From an uncultured Actinomycetota bacterium (GTDB lineage: Bacteria; Actinomycetota; Actinomycetes; Actinomycetales; Microbacteriaceae): a DNA stretch of 64,000 nucleotides. This document shows, piece after piece, positions 51,260 to 61,411 of the stretch (position 1 is its first letter; every line of letters begins with the position of its first letter). Both the position numbers and the translations under genes were made by a program. Location of the stretch: the NCBI GenBank assembly GCA_963847285.1, contig CAWJZK010000016.1:6356-70355 (forward strand), in the 5' to 3' direction. The notes below the pieces were generated by a model. The model was not told the origin of the DNA. It was given only the letters and a program-made list of their open reading frames with translations, and did not search any database.

Positions 51260-53280
51260 GCAAGTCGCAGGCTACGACGGCACCCGCGCGGCCGCCCGGC
51301 CCGCCGCGGCGCGGTCCGATGGGCGGTGGCCCGTTCGGCGGGGCGGGGATGCCGACCGAGAAGTCGATGAACTTCTGGCCGTCCGCCAAGCGCCTGCTCG
51401 GCCGGCTCCGCCCCGAGCGGGCACTCGTGGTCGCCGTCGTGCTCCTCGGAGTCGTGAGCGTCGTCTTCTCGGTGCTGGGCCCGAAGATCCTCGGCCAGGC
51501 GACGAACATCATCTTCGCGGGATTCATGTCCTCGCAGATGCCGGCAGGCGCCACGCAGCAGCAGGTCGTCGACCAGCTTCGCGCGGCCGGCAACACCCAG
51601 CAGGCCGACATGGTGCAGTCGATGCAGCTCACCCCTGGGCAGGGCATCGATTTCGTCGCTCTCGCGACGGTGCTCGCCTGGGTGCTCGCGCTGTACGTGC
51701 TCGCCTCGCTGTTCAGCTGGGCGCAGGGCTACGTGCTGAACGGCGTGACCCAGCGCACCGTGTACCGCCTGCGGCAGGAGGTCGAGGCGAAGATCCATCG
51801 CCTCCCGCTCGCCTACTTCGACAAGATGCAGCGCGGCGAACTGCTCTCGCGGGTGACGAACGACATCGACAACGTCTCGCAGTCGCTGCAACAGACCATG
51901 AGCCAGCTGCTCACGTCACTCCTCACCGTCATCGGCGTGCTCGTCATGATGTTCATCATCTCGCCGCTGCTCGCGGCCATCGCGCTCGTCACCATCCCAC
52001 TCACGATCGTCATCACGACGATCATCGCGAAGCGCTCCCAGAAGCTCTTCGTCGCGCAGTGGACGCACACCGGCACCCTCAACGCGCAGATCGAGGAGGC
52101 GTACTCGGGCCACGCGCTCGTGCGGATCTTCGGACGCCGCCGCGAGGTGGAGCGCGGGTTCGCCGCCAAGAACGGGCAGCTCTACGATGCGAGCTTCGGC
52201 GCGCAGTTCGTGAGCGGCATCATCATGCCCGCCATGATGTTCGTCGGCAATCTCGTCTACGTCGCGATCGCGGTCGTCGGCGGGCTCATGGTCGCCGCGG
52301 GCAGCATCCTCCTCGGCGACGTGCAGGCGTTCATCCAGTACTCGCGCCAGTTCACCCAGCCGCTCAGCCAGCTCGGGTCGATGGCGAACCTGCTGCAATC
52401 GGGTGTCGCGAGCGCCGAGCGCGTCTTCGAACTGCTCGACGCCGACGAGGAGGTGCCCGATCCGGTGGAGCCCGAACAGCCCGCCGAGGCATCCGGCCGC
52501 CTCGCCTTCGAGGACGTCTCGTTCAGCTACGACCCCGAGACGCCGCTCATCGAAGACCTCTCGCTCACGGCCGAGCCCGGCCAGTCGATCGCGATCGTCG
52601 GCCCGACGGGTGCGGGCAAGACCACCCTCGTGAACCTCATCATGCGCTTCTACGAGCTCGACTCCGGGCGCATCACCCTCGACGGCGTCGACATCACGCG
52701 CATGACGCGCGACGAGCTCCGGGCGCGCATGGGCATGGTGCTGCAGGACACGTGGCTGTTCAGCGGCACGATCCGAGAGAACATCGCATACGGGCGTCCG
52801 GATGCCACGGAGGAGGAGATCCTCGAGGCGGCACGCGCCACCTACGTCGACCGGTTCGTCCGCACGCTCCCCGACGGGTACGACACCGTGCTCGACGACG
52901 AGGCGTCGAACCTCTCGGCCGGCGAGAAGCAGCTCGTGACGATCGCGCGCGCGTTCCTCGCGCAGCCCGCAGTGCTCATCCTCGACGAGGCGACGAGCTC
53001 GGTCGACACGCGCACCGAGGTGCTGCTCCAGCACGCGATGAACGCGCTCCGCAAGGACCGCACGAGCTTCGTGATCGCGCACCGGCTCTCGACGATCCGC
53101 GATGCAGATCTGATTCTCGTGATGGAGGCGGGCCACATCGTCGAGCAGGGCACGCACACCGAGTTGCTCGCCGCGGGCGGCGCATATGCGCGGCTGTACG
53201 AGGCGCAGTTCGCGGCGCCGGCGGGCGACGAGGACGGCGCGGGAAGCGCCGCCCCCGCCGAGCGGAGTCTCGCGAGCTGA
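51256..53280 (+). CDS. Heterodimeric ABC exporter subunit 2 (TMD+NBD)
   Basis: LSRVTNDID, GPTGAGKTT, LSAGEKQL, LILDEATSSVD, IAHRLSTI. Confidence 0.94.
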   Translation: MSKSQATTAPARPPGPPRRGPMGGGPFGGAGMPTEKSMNFWPSAKRLLGRLRPERALVVAVVLLGVVSVVFSVLGPKILGQATNIIFAGFMSSQMPAGATQQQVVDQLRAAGNTQQADMVQSMQLTPGQGIDFVALATVLAWVLALYVLASLFSWAQGYVLNGVTQRTVYRLRQEVEAKIHRLPLAYFDKMQRGELLSRVTNDIDNVSQSLQQTMSQLLTSLLTVIGVLVMMFIISPLLAAIALVTIPLTIVITTIIAKRSQKLFVAQWTHTGTLNAQIEEAYSGHALVRIFGRRREVERGFAAKNGQLYDASFGAQFVSGIIMPAMMFVGNLVYVAIAVVGGLMVAAGSILLGDVQAFIQYSRQFTQPLSQLGSMANLLQSGVASAERVFELLDADEEVPDPVEPEQPAEASGRLAFEDVSFSYDPETPLIEDLSLTAEPGQSIAIVGPTGAGKTTLVNLIMRFYELDSGRITLDGVDITRMTRDELRARMGMVLQDTWLFSGTIRENIAYGRPDATEEEILEAARATYVDRFVRTLPDGYDTVLDDEASNLSAGEKQLVTIARAFLAQPAVLILDEATSSVDTRTEVLLQHAMNALRKDRTSFVIAHRLSTIRDADLILVMEAGHIVEQGTHTELLAAGGAYARLYEAQFAAPAGDEDGAGSAAPAERSLAS

Positions 53281-53352
53281 GCCGCCGTGGGCGACCACCG
53301 TCCTGCAGCCGTCGTGTCGCGCGGCGGCGGCGGCGGCGGTCGGCGATTCGCC

Positions 53353-53988
53353 TCAGGCGCGCGTGAACGCGTCCACGAGCGCCGGGTCGCTCGTGATCAC
53401 GATGAAGATCACCGCGTACAGGGCGATGAACGACAGCACTCCGCCGACGAGCGGCACCCAGAAGGCGAGCCGCCGGGCGCGAAGCCTCGTGATCGACCAC
53501 CACGCCGTGAGCAGCCAGAGCACCACCTGGGCGATCGATCCGGCGAGGAGCAGGCCCGGGACTTCGGGGCCAGGAGTGTACTCGAGCGCGGTGCCTCCCG
53601 TGCCGAGCATCTCGGCGGCCTGGCGGATCGCGTCGGGGAGGAGCTCGGGCAGCGACTGCAGGGTGCCGATCGCGCTCCACACGCCGAAGACGCCGACCAC
53701 GAGCAGCATGATCGTGAAGAACCGGTCGACGGGTCGCGGAGGCCGGCTGTCGGCGGGCGAGGGAGACCCGGATGCCTTGGCGGCGCGCGTCGCGGCCGGT
53801 GCCGGCGGAGTGGGCAGTTGCGGGGCGGGGTCGGAGGTGTGCTCACCGGCCGGCGGCTGCCACGTCCACCCCTCAGGCGCGTACTCGCCGTACTGCGGAC
53901 GCGGCCGCTCGTCGCGGGGCGCCGCGGGGCGGGCCTCGCCACCGTCTGGAGCGTCACCGGGCATTCGAGCGGCCCACTGGTCTGACAT
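53353..53988 (-). CDS. DUF6264-like membrane protein
   Basis: RPRPQYGEYAP N-terminus, TM helices, RRLAFWVPL. Confidence 0.7.
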   Translation of the reverse strand: MSDQWAARMPGDAPDGGEARPAAPRDERPRPQYGEYAPEGWTWQPPAGEHTSDPAPQLPTPPAPAATRAAKASGSPSPADSRPPRPVDRFFTIMLLVVGVFGVWSAIGTLQSLPELLPDAIRQAAEMLGTGGTALEYTPGPEVPGLLLAGSIAQVVLWLLTAWWSITRLRARRLAFWVPLVGGVLSFIALYAVIFIVITSDPALVDAFTRA

Positions 53989-53996
53989 CCGTCGCC

Positions 53997-55028
53997 CTAC
54001 GCCCTGATCGACTGGCCGGCGGAGCCGAGCTCACGGGTGGCCTCGCCGACGCGCACGGCCATCGCCGACTCGGCGACCTTGCCCCAGGCGCGCGGGTCGT
54101 ACTGCTTCTTGTTGCCGACGCTGCCGTCGACCTTCAGCACGCCGTCGTAGTTCTCGAACATGTAGCCGGCGATCGAGCGCGTGAACGCGTATTGCGTGTC
54201 GGTGTCGATGTTCATCTTCACGACGCCGTTCGCGACGGCCTCGGCGATCTCGGCGTCGCTCGAGCCCGATCCGCCGTGGAAGACGAGGTCGAGCGGCTTC
54301 GGGCCGGTGCCTGTTACTCCGGCCGCCAGTCCGTCTTGGATCTCTTTCAGGATCTCGGGCCGCAGCTTGACGTTGCCGGGCGCGTAGACGCCGTGCACGT
54401 TGCCGAACGTGAGGGCGGCCATGTAGCGGCCCTGCTCGCCGAGGCCGAGCGCCTCGACCAGCGCGATCGCGTCGTCGAGCGTCGAGTACAGGTGCTCGTT
54501 GATCTCGTGGCTCACGCCGTCTTCCTCGCCGCCGACGACGCCGATCTCGACCTCGAGGATGGCGTTGATCGCCTTCATGCGCGGGAGGATCTGCTTTGCG
54601 ATCTCGAGGTTCTCGCTGAGCGGCACGGCCGAGCCGTCCCACATGTGCGACTGGAAGATCGGGTTGCGACCGGCCTTGACCTCCTCCTCGGAGGCGGCGA
54701 TGAGCGGGAACACGAAGTCCTCGAGCGCGGGCTTCGGGCAGTGGTCGGTGTGGAGCGCGACGGTGATGGGGTAGCTCTTCGCCACCTCGTGCGCGAAGCG
54801 CGCGAACGCGAGCGCGCCGGTCGCGCGGGCCTTCACGGTCTGCCCGGCGAAGTAGTCGGCGCCGCCCGTCGTGACCTGGATGATGCCGTCGGAACCCGCC
54901 TCGGTGAGTCCCTGCAGCACCGCGTTGAGCGTCTGCGAGGAGGAGACGTTGATCGCCGGGAACGCGAAGCCCTTCGCCTTGGCGGTGTCGAGCATCTCGG
55001 CGTACTGCTCCGGGGTGGCGATGGGCAT
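53997..55028 (-). CDS. fbaA: Class II fructose-bisphosphate aldolase
   Basis: MPIATPEQY, LHTDHC, SHMWDGS, GGEEDG, FGNVHG, FHGGSGS, KMNIDTD. Confidence 0.97.
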   Translation of the reverse strand: MPIATPEQYAEMLDTAKAKGFAFPAINVSSSQTLNAVLQGLTEAGSDGIIQVTTGGADYFAGQTVKARATGALAFARFAHEVAKSYPITVALHTDHCPKPALEDFVFPLIAASEEEVKAGRNPIFQSHMWDGSAVPLSENLEIAKQILPRMKAINAILEVEIGVVGGEEDGVSHEINEHLYSTLDDAIALVEALGLGEQGRYMAALTFGNVHGVYAPGNVKLRPEILKEIQDGLAAGVTGTGPKPLDLVFHGGSGSSDAEIAEAVANGVVKMNIDTDTQYAFTRSIAGYMFENYDGVLKVDGSVGNKKQYDPRAWGKVAESAMAVRVGEATRELGSAGQSIRA

Positions 55029-55273
55029 GGTGCTCCTTCAGACGACGATCGGGTTGCGAAGCAGTCTACCGACTTGCCGAGCAGGCCTCAGGTGTGCCGG
55101 GGGGCGCGAAGGGCGAGCTCGTCCCAGCGTTAAGTTCCGCGATTCTTTCGGCGCCGGATGCCCCGAATCTCGAATCCCACGCGCACCGCGTGCCTAGGCT
55201 GGAGACGCGGGCCCGAACGCCCGCCGGCGGTTCCGAGCGTCGGGACCGAGCACAGCGTCCGGAGGGACCCCCG

Positions 55274-56275
55274 ATGGTGAGCACCGAAGCGGCAAGCCTG
55301 TTCGTGCACCCCGACCGCAACATCGCGCTCGAGCTCGTGCGAGCCACCGAGGCGGCATCCATTCGCGCCTACCCGTGGATCGGACGCGGCGACAAGCTCG
55401 GCGCCGACGGCGCGGCCGTCGACGCCATGCGCGCCTTCCTCGGCACGGTGAACTTCGACGGCGTCGTCGTCATCGGCGAGGGCGAGAAGGATGCCGCGCC
55501 GATGCTCTTCAACGGCGAACGGGTCGGCAACGGGCACGGCCCCGCCTGCGACATCGCAGTCGACCCGATCGACGGCACCTCGCTCACCGCGGCCGGACGC
55601 CAGAACGCCCTGTCGGTCATCGCGGTCTCCGACCACGGCACCATGCTCGATGCATCCTCGGTCTTCTACATGGACAAGATCGTCACGGATGCCGCAGGGT
55701 ACGGCGTCGTCGACATCCGCAAGCCGATCGGCGAGAACCTGCGCGCCCTCGCCGCAGCGAAGGGCAAGCCCGTCGGCGAGCTGCGCGTCGCCGTGTTGAA
55801 CCGGCCGCGGCACGAGCAGCTCATCGCCGGGATCCGCGAAGCCGGAGCCGGCACGAGGCTGATCAGCGACGGAGACGTCGCCGGCGGCATCAACGCGGCG
55901 CGCTACGAGTCGCGCATCGACATGTGCGTCGGCATCGGCGGCAGCCCCGAGGGCATCACCACCGCGTGCGCGATCAAGGCGCTGGGAGGGTTCATGCAAG
56001 GCAGGCTGGCGCCGAAGGACGACGCCGAGCGCGCCCGCGGCGAGGCCGCCGGGCTCGACTGCGACCAGGTGTACGAACTCGACGACCTCGTGCGTGGCGA
56101 CAACACCTTCTTCGTCGCGACCGGTGTCACCGACGGCGAGCTCGTCGACGGCGTGCGCCGCAAGGGGCCGATCATCAGCACCGAATCGATCGTGCTGCGC
56201 GGCAGGTCGGGCACGATCCGCCGCATCCGGGCCGACCATCTCGTGGAGAAGTGGCTCGACGGGGGCGACCGCTGA
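55274..56275 (+). CDS. glpX: Class II fructose-1,6-bisphosphatase
   Basis: PDRNIALELVRATE, VIGEGEKD, VDPIDGT, YMDK, DGDVAG, ATGVTDG. Confidence 0.97.
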   Translation: MVSTEAASLFVHPDRNIALELVRATEAASIRAYPWIGRGDKLGADGAAVDAMRAFLGTVNFDGVVVIGEGEKDAAPMLFNGERVGNGHGPACDIAVDPIDGTSLTAAGRQNALSVIAVSDHGTMLDASSVFYMDKIVTDAAGYGVVDIRKPIGENLRALAAAKGKPVGELRVAVLNRPRHEQLIAGIREAGAGTRLISDGDVAGGINAARYESRIDMCVGIGGSPEGITTACAIKALGGFMQGRLAPKDDAERARGEAAGLDCDQVYELDDLVRGDNTFFVATGVTDGELVDGVRRKGPIISTESIVLRGRSGTIRRIRADHLVEKWLDGGDR

Positions 56276-56326
56276 CATTCGCGTCACCGGATGACGATGT
56301 CATTCGCCTCACGGGGATGACGATGT
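56276..56326 (+). repeat. Imperfect 25/26-bp tandem direct repeat upstream of the MFS gene
   Basis: cattcgcgtcaccggatgacgatgt / cattcgcctcacggggatgacgatgt. Confidence 0.8.
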
Positions 56327-56351
56327 CGGTCGTGCCCGCGACAATGGTGGG

Positions 56352-57749
56352 GTGATCGACGCCGATCGTCTTCCGCGCGCGCTCCGCCCGTTCGCGTCCA
56401 GTCAGTATCGACTGTTGACCGTCGCCCTCGCGGCGTCGCTCCTCAGCGCCGGAGCGTGGATCGTCTCGGCGGTGTGGCAGGTCGTGGAGCTCGGCGGCAC
56501 ACCGATCGACCTCTCATTCGTCGCCGTCGGATTGAGCCTCGGCCTCGTGATCGCGGTGCTGTTCGGCGGCGTCGCCGCAGACCGCATCCCGCAACGACGC
56601 ATCCTCTTCACCGTCGAGATCGTGCGCGGCGCGGGGTTCGCGGTGGCGGGGTTCCTCGCCGCGACCGGCCTCATCGAGGTGTGGCACATCGCGGTCATCT
56701 CGTTCGTGCTTGGAGTGGCCGACGGCTTCTTCTACCCCGCATACTCCGCCTGGCTGCCCGCGATCCTCCCCGAAGCGCAGCTTCTCGCAGCGAACGGCGT
56801 CGAGGGCGTGCTCCGCCCGGCGCTCATCAACGCCGCGGGGCCCGCGCTCGCGAGTGCGCTCATCGTGGTGCAGGGCCCGTGGCTCGCGTTCGTCGTCGTC
56901 ACCGGACTTCAGGCCATCGCAGCGTTCGTGCTCGGGATGATGCGCACCACCCCCGTGCGGCGCGATCTCGACGCGACGCGGGTGCATCCGTTCCGGCAGA
57001 CCTTCATCGACCTCCGAGACGGATTCGCCTACCTTCTGCGAACGAGGTGGCTCTTCGCGACGCTCGCCTTCGCGGTCGTGCTCGTGTTCCTCATCATGGG
57101 ACCGATCGAGGTGCTCCTGCCGTTCGCCGTGAAAGACCAGACCGGCGGCGGTGCAGGCGCCTTCGCCCTCACGCTCGCCGCGTTCGGTCTGGGCGGCGCG
57201 ATCGGGTCGATCGCGGTCGCGTCGGTGCGGCTTCCGCGGCGCTACCTCACGCTCATGATCCTTGCGTGGGGATTCGGCTGCCTCCCGCTCGCCGTCATCG
57301 GTCTCACCTCGTGGCTCTGGGTGATGGTCGCCGCGCTGTTCATCTGCGGCCTGCTCTTCTCAGGTGCCCAGGTGGTGTGGGGCACGCTCCTGCAGCGACG
57401 CGTTCCGCCGGCGATGCTCGGGCGCGTGTCGAGTCTCGACTTCTTCGTGTCGCTCGCGCTCATGCCGATCTCGATGGCCGTCGCCGGCCCCGTCGGTGAA
57501 GCGATCGGGCTCGCCCCCGCATTCCTCGTCGCGGGCATCCTTTCGCCCATACTGGCGATCGCGACCCTTGCCTTCGCGCGACTCGGCAAGGACGAACTCG
57601 CGCACCCGCTCGACGATGACATGGATGCCGGTGCGGTGACGGGGGCCGAGGCGGCCGTCGGGCTCGACGCACCGGTCGACGAGCCGCATCCGCCGCGCGA
57701 GACGCCGTCGCGCGAGACGCCGTCGCGCGCCGACCCCGAGCCGGGGTAG
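56352..57749 (+). CDS. MFS efflux transporter (DHA3 / Tet(V)-like family)
   Basis: PRALRPF, GGVAADRIPQRR, QRRVPPAMLGRVSSLDFF; about 12 TM helices. Confidence 0.88.
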   Translation: MIDADRLPRALRPFASSQYRLLTVALAASLLSAGAWIVSAVWQVVELGGTPIDLSFVAVGLSLGLVIAVLFGGVAADRIPQRRILFTVEIVRGAGFAVAGFLAATGLIEVWHIAVISFVLGVADGFFYPAYSAWLPAILPEAQLLAANGVEGVLRPALINAAGPALASALIVVQGPWLAFVVVTGLQAIAAFVLGMMRTTPVRRDLDATRVHPFRQTFIDLRDGFAYLLRTRWLFATLAFAVVLVFLIMGPIEVLLPFAVKDQTGGGAGAFALTLAAFGLGGAIGSIAVASVRLPRRYLTLMILAWGFGCLPLAVIGLTSWLWVMVAALFICGLLFSGAQVVWGTLLQRRVPPAMLGRVSSLDFFVSLALMPISMAVAGPVGEAIGLAPAFLVAGILSPILAIATLAFARLGKDELAHPLDDDMDAGAVTGAEAAVGLDAPVDEPHPPRETPSRETPSRADPEPG

Positions 57750-57855
57750 CGCAGCACGGTCTCGGCGGTGGCGAGCAGTGGGCGCCGGCCGGGGGTCGAC
57801 GTCCGATCCGCGTCGTGCGAGTCTGGGCGCACACGGTTGTTCGAAGGGGAGCATG

Positions 57856-58251
57856 ATGGTCACGATTCGTGATGCGTTCTCGGGGTTCAGTGTCGACGAC
57901 ATCGATGCGGCGCGGGAGTTCTACGGCACCAAGCTCGGGCTGCAGGTCGCGGAGGAGTCTGCTGCCGGTGCGCTGCAGATCACGCTGCCCTCGGGGCAGG
58001 CGGTCTTCATCTACCCGAAGGAGAACCACGAGCCGGCGAGCTTCACGATCATGAATCTCGTGGTCGACGACATCGATCGCGCGGTCGACGAGTTGAACGC
58101 GGCAGGGGTCGTGACGAAGATCTACACCGCACCCGACGACTTCGGCACCGACGAGCGAGGCATCGCCCGCGGATCCGCGAGCGGCATGGGTCCCGATATC
58201 GCGTGGTTCCGGGACCCTGCGGGCAACGTGCTCAGCGTGCTCGTGGGCTGA
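57856..58251 (+). CDS. VOC / glyoxalase family protein
   Basis: FSGFSVDDIDAAREFY, NLVVDDID, AWFRDPAGNVL. Confidence 0.92.
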   Translation: MVTIRDAFSGFSVDDIDAAREFYGTKLGLQVAEESAAGALQITLPSGQAVFIYPKENHEPASFTIMNLVVDDIDRAVDELNAAGVVTKIYTAPDDFGTDERGIARGSASGMGPDIAWFRDPAGNVLSVLVG

Positions 58252-58270
58252 CGCGTCTGCACGTCAGACG

Positions 58271-59701
58271 TCAGTCGCGGTCGGCGGCGGGAGACTCGAG
58301 CTGGCGACGAAGGTCGGGGTCGAGTTCGAGAAGCGATTCGCCCGCGGTCGCTCGCGTGTCGAACTCGTCGACCGCACCATCACCGGTGACCTCGGGCGCG
58401 GTGAGCCGTCGCGGCTGTTCGTGCACGGCCGCCGGTGCCGTGAGCAGCGCGACCTTGGTCTCGTCGATGCCGGGGAACTGTCGCGCCGTGACCAGCACGC
58501 GGGACTCGAGGGAGTTCGCGAACTTGTTGTAGCTGTCGACCGTGCGTTCGATGGCCTTGCGCAGCCCGTCGGCGTGACCGGCGAGAGTGCCGATGCGCTG
58601 GTAGAGCGTGTTGCCCAGGTCGAACAGCTTCTTCGCCTCGTCGGACACGGCCTGCTGTTGCCACGTGAACGCGACCGTCTTCAGGACCGCCCACAGGTTG
58701 ACCGGCGACGCGAGCGCGACCCGCTTGCCGAACGCGTAGTCGAGGAGCGCCGGGTCGGCCTCGAGCGCCGACGACAGCAGCGACTCGCTCGGGATGAACG
58801 CGATCACGAACTCGGGACTCGCGTCGAGGCCCTCCCAGTAGGTCTTCTTCGCGAGTGCGTCGATGTGACCGCGCACCGCCTTCACATGGCGATTGATGAG
58901 CGCCTTGCGCCGCGCGCCCTCGTCGCCGGTCGCCGTGACCGCGATCTGGCTCGCTTCGAGGTAGTGCTCGAGCGGGACCTTCGCATCGAGCGGAATCGAC
59001 TTGCCGCCGGGCAGGCGCACGACCATGTCGGGGCGACCGGAACCGGCATCGGTCACGATGCTCTGCTGGGTGTAGAAGTCGACGAACTGCGTGAGGCCCG
59101 CCGCCTCGACCACGCGACGCAGCTGGGTCTCGCCCCACACACCCCGGGTGCTGTTGGATCGCAGCGCCGACGCGAGCGATTCGGTCGTGGCGCGGAGCTC
59201 GGCATCGGACACCTGCGCCTGCTTCAACTGCTCGGCGAGCGAGCCGTATTGCTCGCTTCGCTGGCGTTCGAGTTCGGTCACCTTCGTCTGCATCGTCTGC
59301 AGCGTCTCGCGAACCGGACTCAACGCCTGCAGCACGGCGCTCTCGCGCTTTTCGCGCTCCGCACGCTCGACCTGGTCGGTGCGCTGCTGCTCGGCGAGGT
59401 CGCGATACCGCGCGCGGTGCTCCTCGATCTGCTTCTCGAGAGCTTCGGCGGTGGAGAGCGTCGACGCCAGCTCGGCTTGCAGGCTCGCTCGCACCTCCTG
59501 CTCCTGGGCGCGCAGCTCGGACATCGCCGCCGCCTCAGCAGCCCGCACCTCGGCGAGCTGCGCCTGGTGACGCGCCTCGACGAGCGCCGGGTCGTCGACG
59601 ACCGGTGCGCCCGCCGCGCGGCGGGACGACACGACGGCCACGGCGAGAGCGCCGAGCACGGCGCCGACGACGAGGCCGATGAGAAGCGCGAGGATGTCCA
59701 T
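58271..59701 (-). CDS. rmuC: DNA recombination protein RmuC
   Basis: N-terminal TM plus coiled coil, RGVWGETQL, RPDMVVRLP, DAKVP, FIPSE. Confidence 0.95.
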   Translation of the reverse strand: MDILALLIGLVVGAVLGALAVAVVSSRRAAGAPVVDDPALVEARHQAQLAEVRAAEAAAMSELRAQEQEVRASLQAELASTLSTAEALEKQIEEHRARYRDLAEQQRTDQVERAEREKRESAVLQALSPVRETLQTMQTKVTELERQRSEQYGSLAEQLKQAQVSDAELRATTESLASALRSNSTRGVWGETQLRRVVEAAGLTQFVDFYTQQSIVTDAGSGRPDMVVRLPGGKSIPLDAKVPLEHYLEASQIAVTATGDEGARRKALINRHVKAVRGHIDALAKKTYWEGLDASPEFVIAFIPSESLLSSALEADPALLDYAFGKRVALASPVNLWAVLKTVAFTWQQQAVSDEAKKLFDLGNTLYQRIGTLAGHADGLRKAIERTVDSYNKFANSLESRVLVTARQFPGIDETKVALLTAPAAVHEQPRRLTAPEVTGDGAVDEFDTRATAGESLLELDPDLRRQLESPAADRD

Positions 59702-59792
59702 GTCGTCAGTGTCGCAGGGGCTGCCGACATCGCCCGCGAAGCGCACCGGCGGAGGCAGGACTGGGGCAGGACTACGCAGGAATGCGCTTCTG

Positions 59793-60410
59793 CTACTGCA
59801 GTGCCATCGGCCCCTGCGCCGAGCGCTCCGTGCTCGTCGCGACCGGGCCGATCGCGCCGAGCCTCACGCGCGTGATGTGCGCGAGTCGCTCGAGGTCGTC
59901 GGCTTCGTGCCGCTTCGCCGCGTGCACGATGATGGCAGCGCACGCCTCGGCGTCGGCGAGGGCGTCGTGGTGCGAGAAGTCCTCGAAGCCCGCGGCCATC
60001 GCCGCGACCGGCAGACGGTACGAATCGAGGTGATAGGTGCTCCGCGCCACCTGCAGGCTGCAGAGGTAGCGGTAGTCGGGCACCTCGAGCCCGAGCGCCT
60101 CCGACGTCTTCGCGATGACGCCCATGTCGAAGCCCGCGTTGTGCGCGACGAGCACGTCGTGGCCCGTGAACGCGCGGAGCGCGGGAAGGTGCTCGGCCCA
60201 GCCGGGGGCATCCGCCACCATCTCGGGGGTGATGCCGTGGATCCGCACGTTCCACTCGGAGAACTCGTCGTGCGGGAACGGCGGCCGGATGTACCAGTGC
60301 ACCCGATCGACGACGCGGCCGTCGCGGACCTTCACCAGCCCGACCGAACAGGCCGACGCGCCCGAGGAGTTTGCAGTTTCGAAGTCGATCGCGGTGAAGT
60401 CCACTGGCAC
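59793..60410 (-). CDS. DEDDh 3'-5' exonuclease (DnaQ-like)
   Basis: IDFETAN, IHGIT, VAHNAGFD, HHDALADA. Confidence 0.93.
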   Translation of the reverse strand: MPVDFTAIDFETANSSGASACSVGLVKVRDGRVVDRVHWYIRPPFPHDEFSEWNVRIHGITPEMVADAPGWAEHLPALRAFTGHDVLVAHNAGFDMGVIAKTSEALGLEVPDYRYLCSLQVARSTYHLDSYRLPVAAMAAGFEDFSHHDALADAEACAAIIVHAAKRHEADDLERLAHITRVRLGAIGPVATSTERSAQGPMALQ

Positions 60411-60563
60411 GCGTGCATCCTCGCACGCGGGTCCGACAGGGCCGGTCCGCGTCGCGGGCGGGTCGGAGATCTGCTCTCGACGGTTGACGGATGCCGTGCG
60501 CAGGGCGTGGAATGGCACCCGGGCGCCGACCACCCGCGCGCCCACGCGAGCCGAGGAGACCCG

Positions 60564-61346
60564 ATGATCGAGCTGCCCAGGCCCGAGCCGGGGCTTGTCA
60601 CCGACCCCGGCGACCCCACGACAGTGGCGAGTTCGCGATCGTTCGGCGCCGCGGCATCCGTCTACCATCAGGCGCGTCCGGGCTATCCGGTGGGGGCGAT
60701 CGAGTGGCTCGTGGGCGATGCGGTGCGGGTGCTCGACCTCGGCGCGGGCACGGGCAAGCTCACCGCGGCGCTCGTGGCGCTCGATCGCGAGGTGACCGCC
60801 GTCGACCCGGTCGAGGAGATGCTCGAGGAGCTCGAGCTCGCCGTGCCGGGCGTGCCGCGTGTTCTCGGCACGGCGGAGGACATCCCGATGCGCGACGCCT
60901 CGGTCGACGCGGTCGTCGCCGGCCAGGCGTGGCACTGGTTCCAGCCCGAGCGGGCGATCCCCGAGATCGCACGGGTGCTCACGCCCGGCGGCGTGCTCGG
61001 ACTCGTCTGGAACAGCCGCGACACGCGAGTCGACTGGCTCCGCGAAGCCGGCGAGATCATGCACGAGCGCCACGACGCGAGTGCGACCTTCGAGAGCTAC
61101 GTGCAGATCGGCCCGCCGTTCGGCGCGGTCGAGGAACACACCGAGCAGTGGAGCGAGCGGATGTCGCGGGCGCGATTCCTCGATCTGGTGCGCTCGCGCA
61201 GCTACTTCATCACGGCGCCCGAGGAGGAGCAGCGTGCCACGATCGCGGCCCTCGAGACGCTGCTGTCGACGCATCCGGATGTCGCCGGCGCCGACGAGCT
61301 CGAGGTGCCCTACGTGACGCGCTGCTTCCGGGCCCGGCTCGGCTGA
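60564..61346 (+). CDS. Class I SAM-dependent methyltransferase
   Basis: RPGYP, VLDLGAGTGKLT, AGQAWHWF, RVLTPGG. Confidence 0.92.
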   Translation: MIELPRPEPGLVTDPGDPTTVASSRSFGAAASVYHQARPGYPVGAIEWLVGDAVRVLDLGAGTGKLTAALVALDREVTAVDPVEEMLEELELAVPGVPRVLGTAEDIPMRDASVDAVVAGQAWHWFQPERAIPEIARVLTPGGVLGLVWNSRDTRVDWLREAGEIMHERHDASATFESYVQIGPPFGAVEEHTEQWSERMSRARFLDLVRSRSYFITAPEEEQRATIAALETLLSTHPDVAGADELEVPYVTRCFRARLG

Positions 61347-61411
61347 CGAGGCATCCGACCCCAAGAGGTCGGCGGCGCTCCGCAACGGACCTGCCGGTAC
61401 GATAGACCCCC

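Noticed and set aside
56352-57749. Calling a bona fide tetracycline resistance gene tet(V)
   Set aside because: Family resemblance only; identity and substrate cannot be established without a search.
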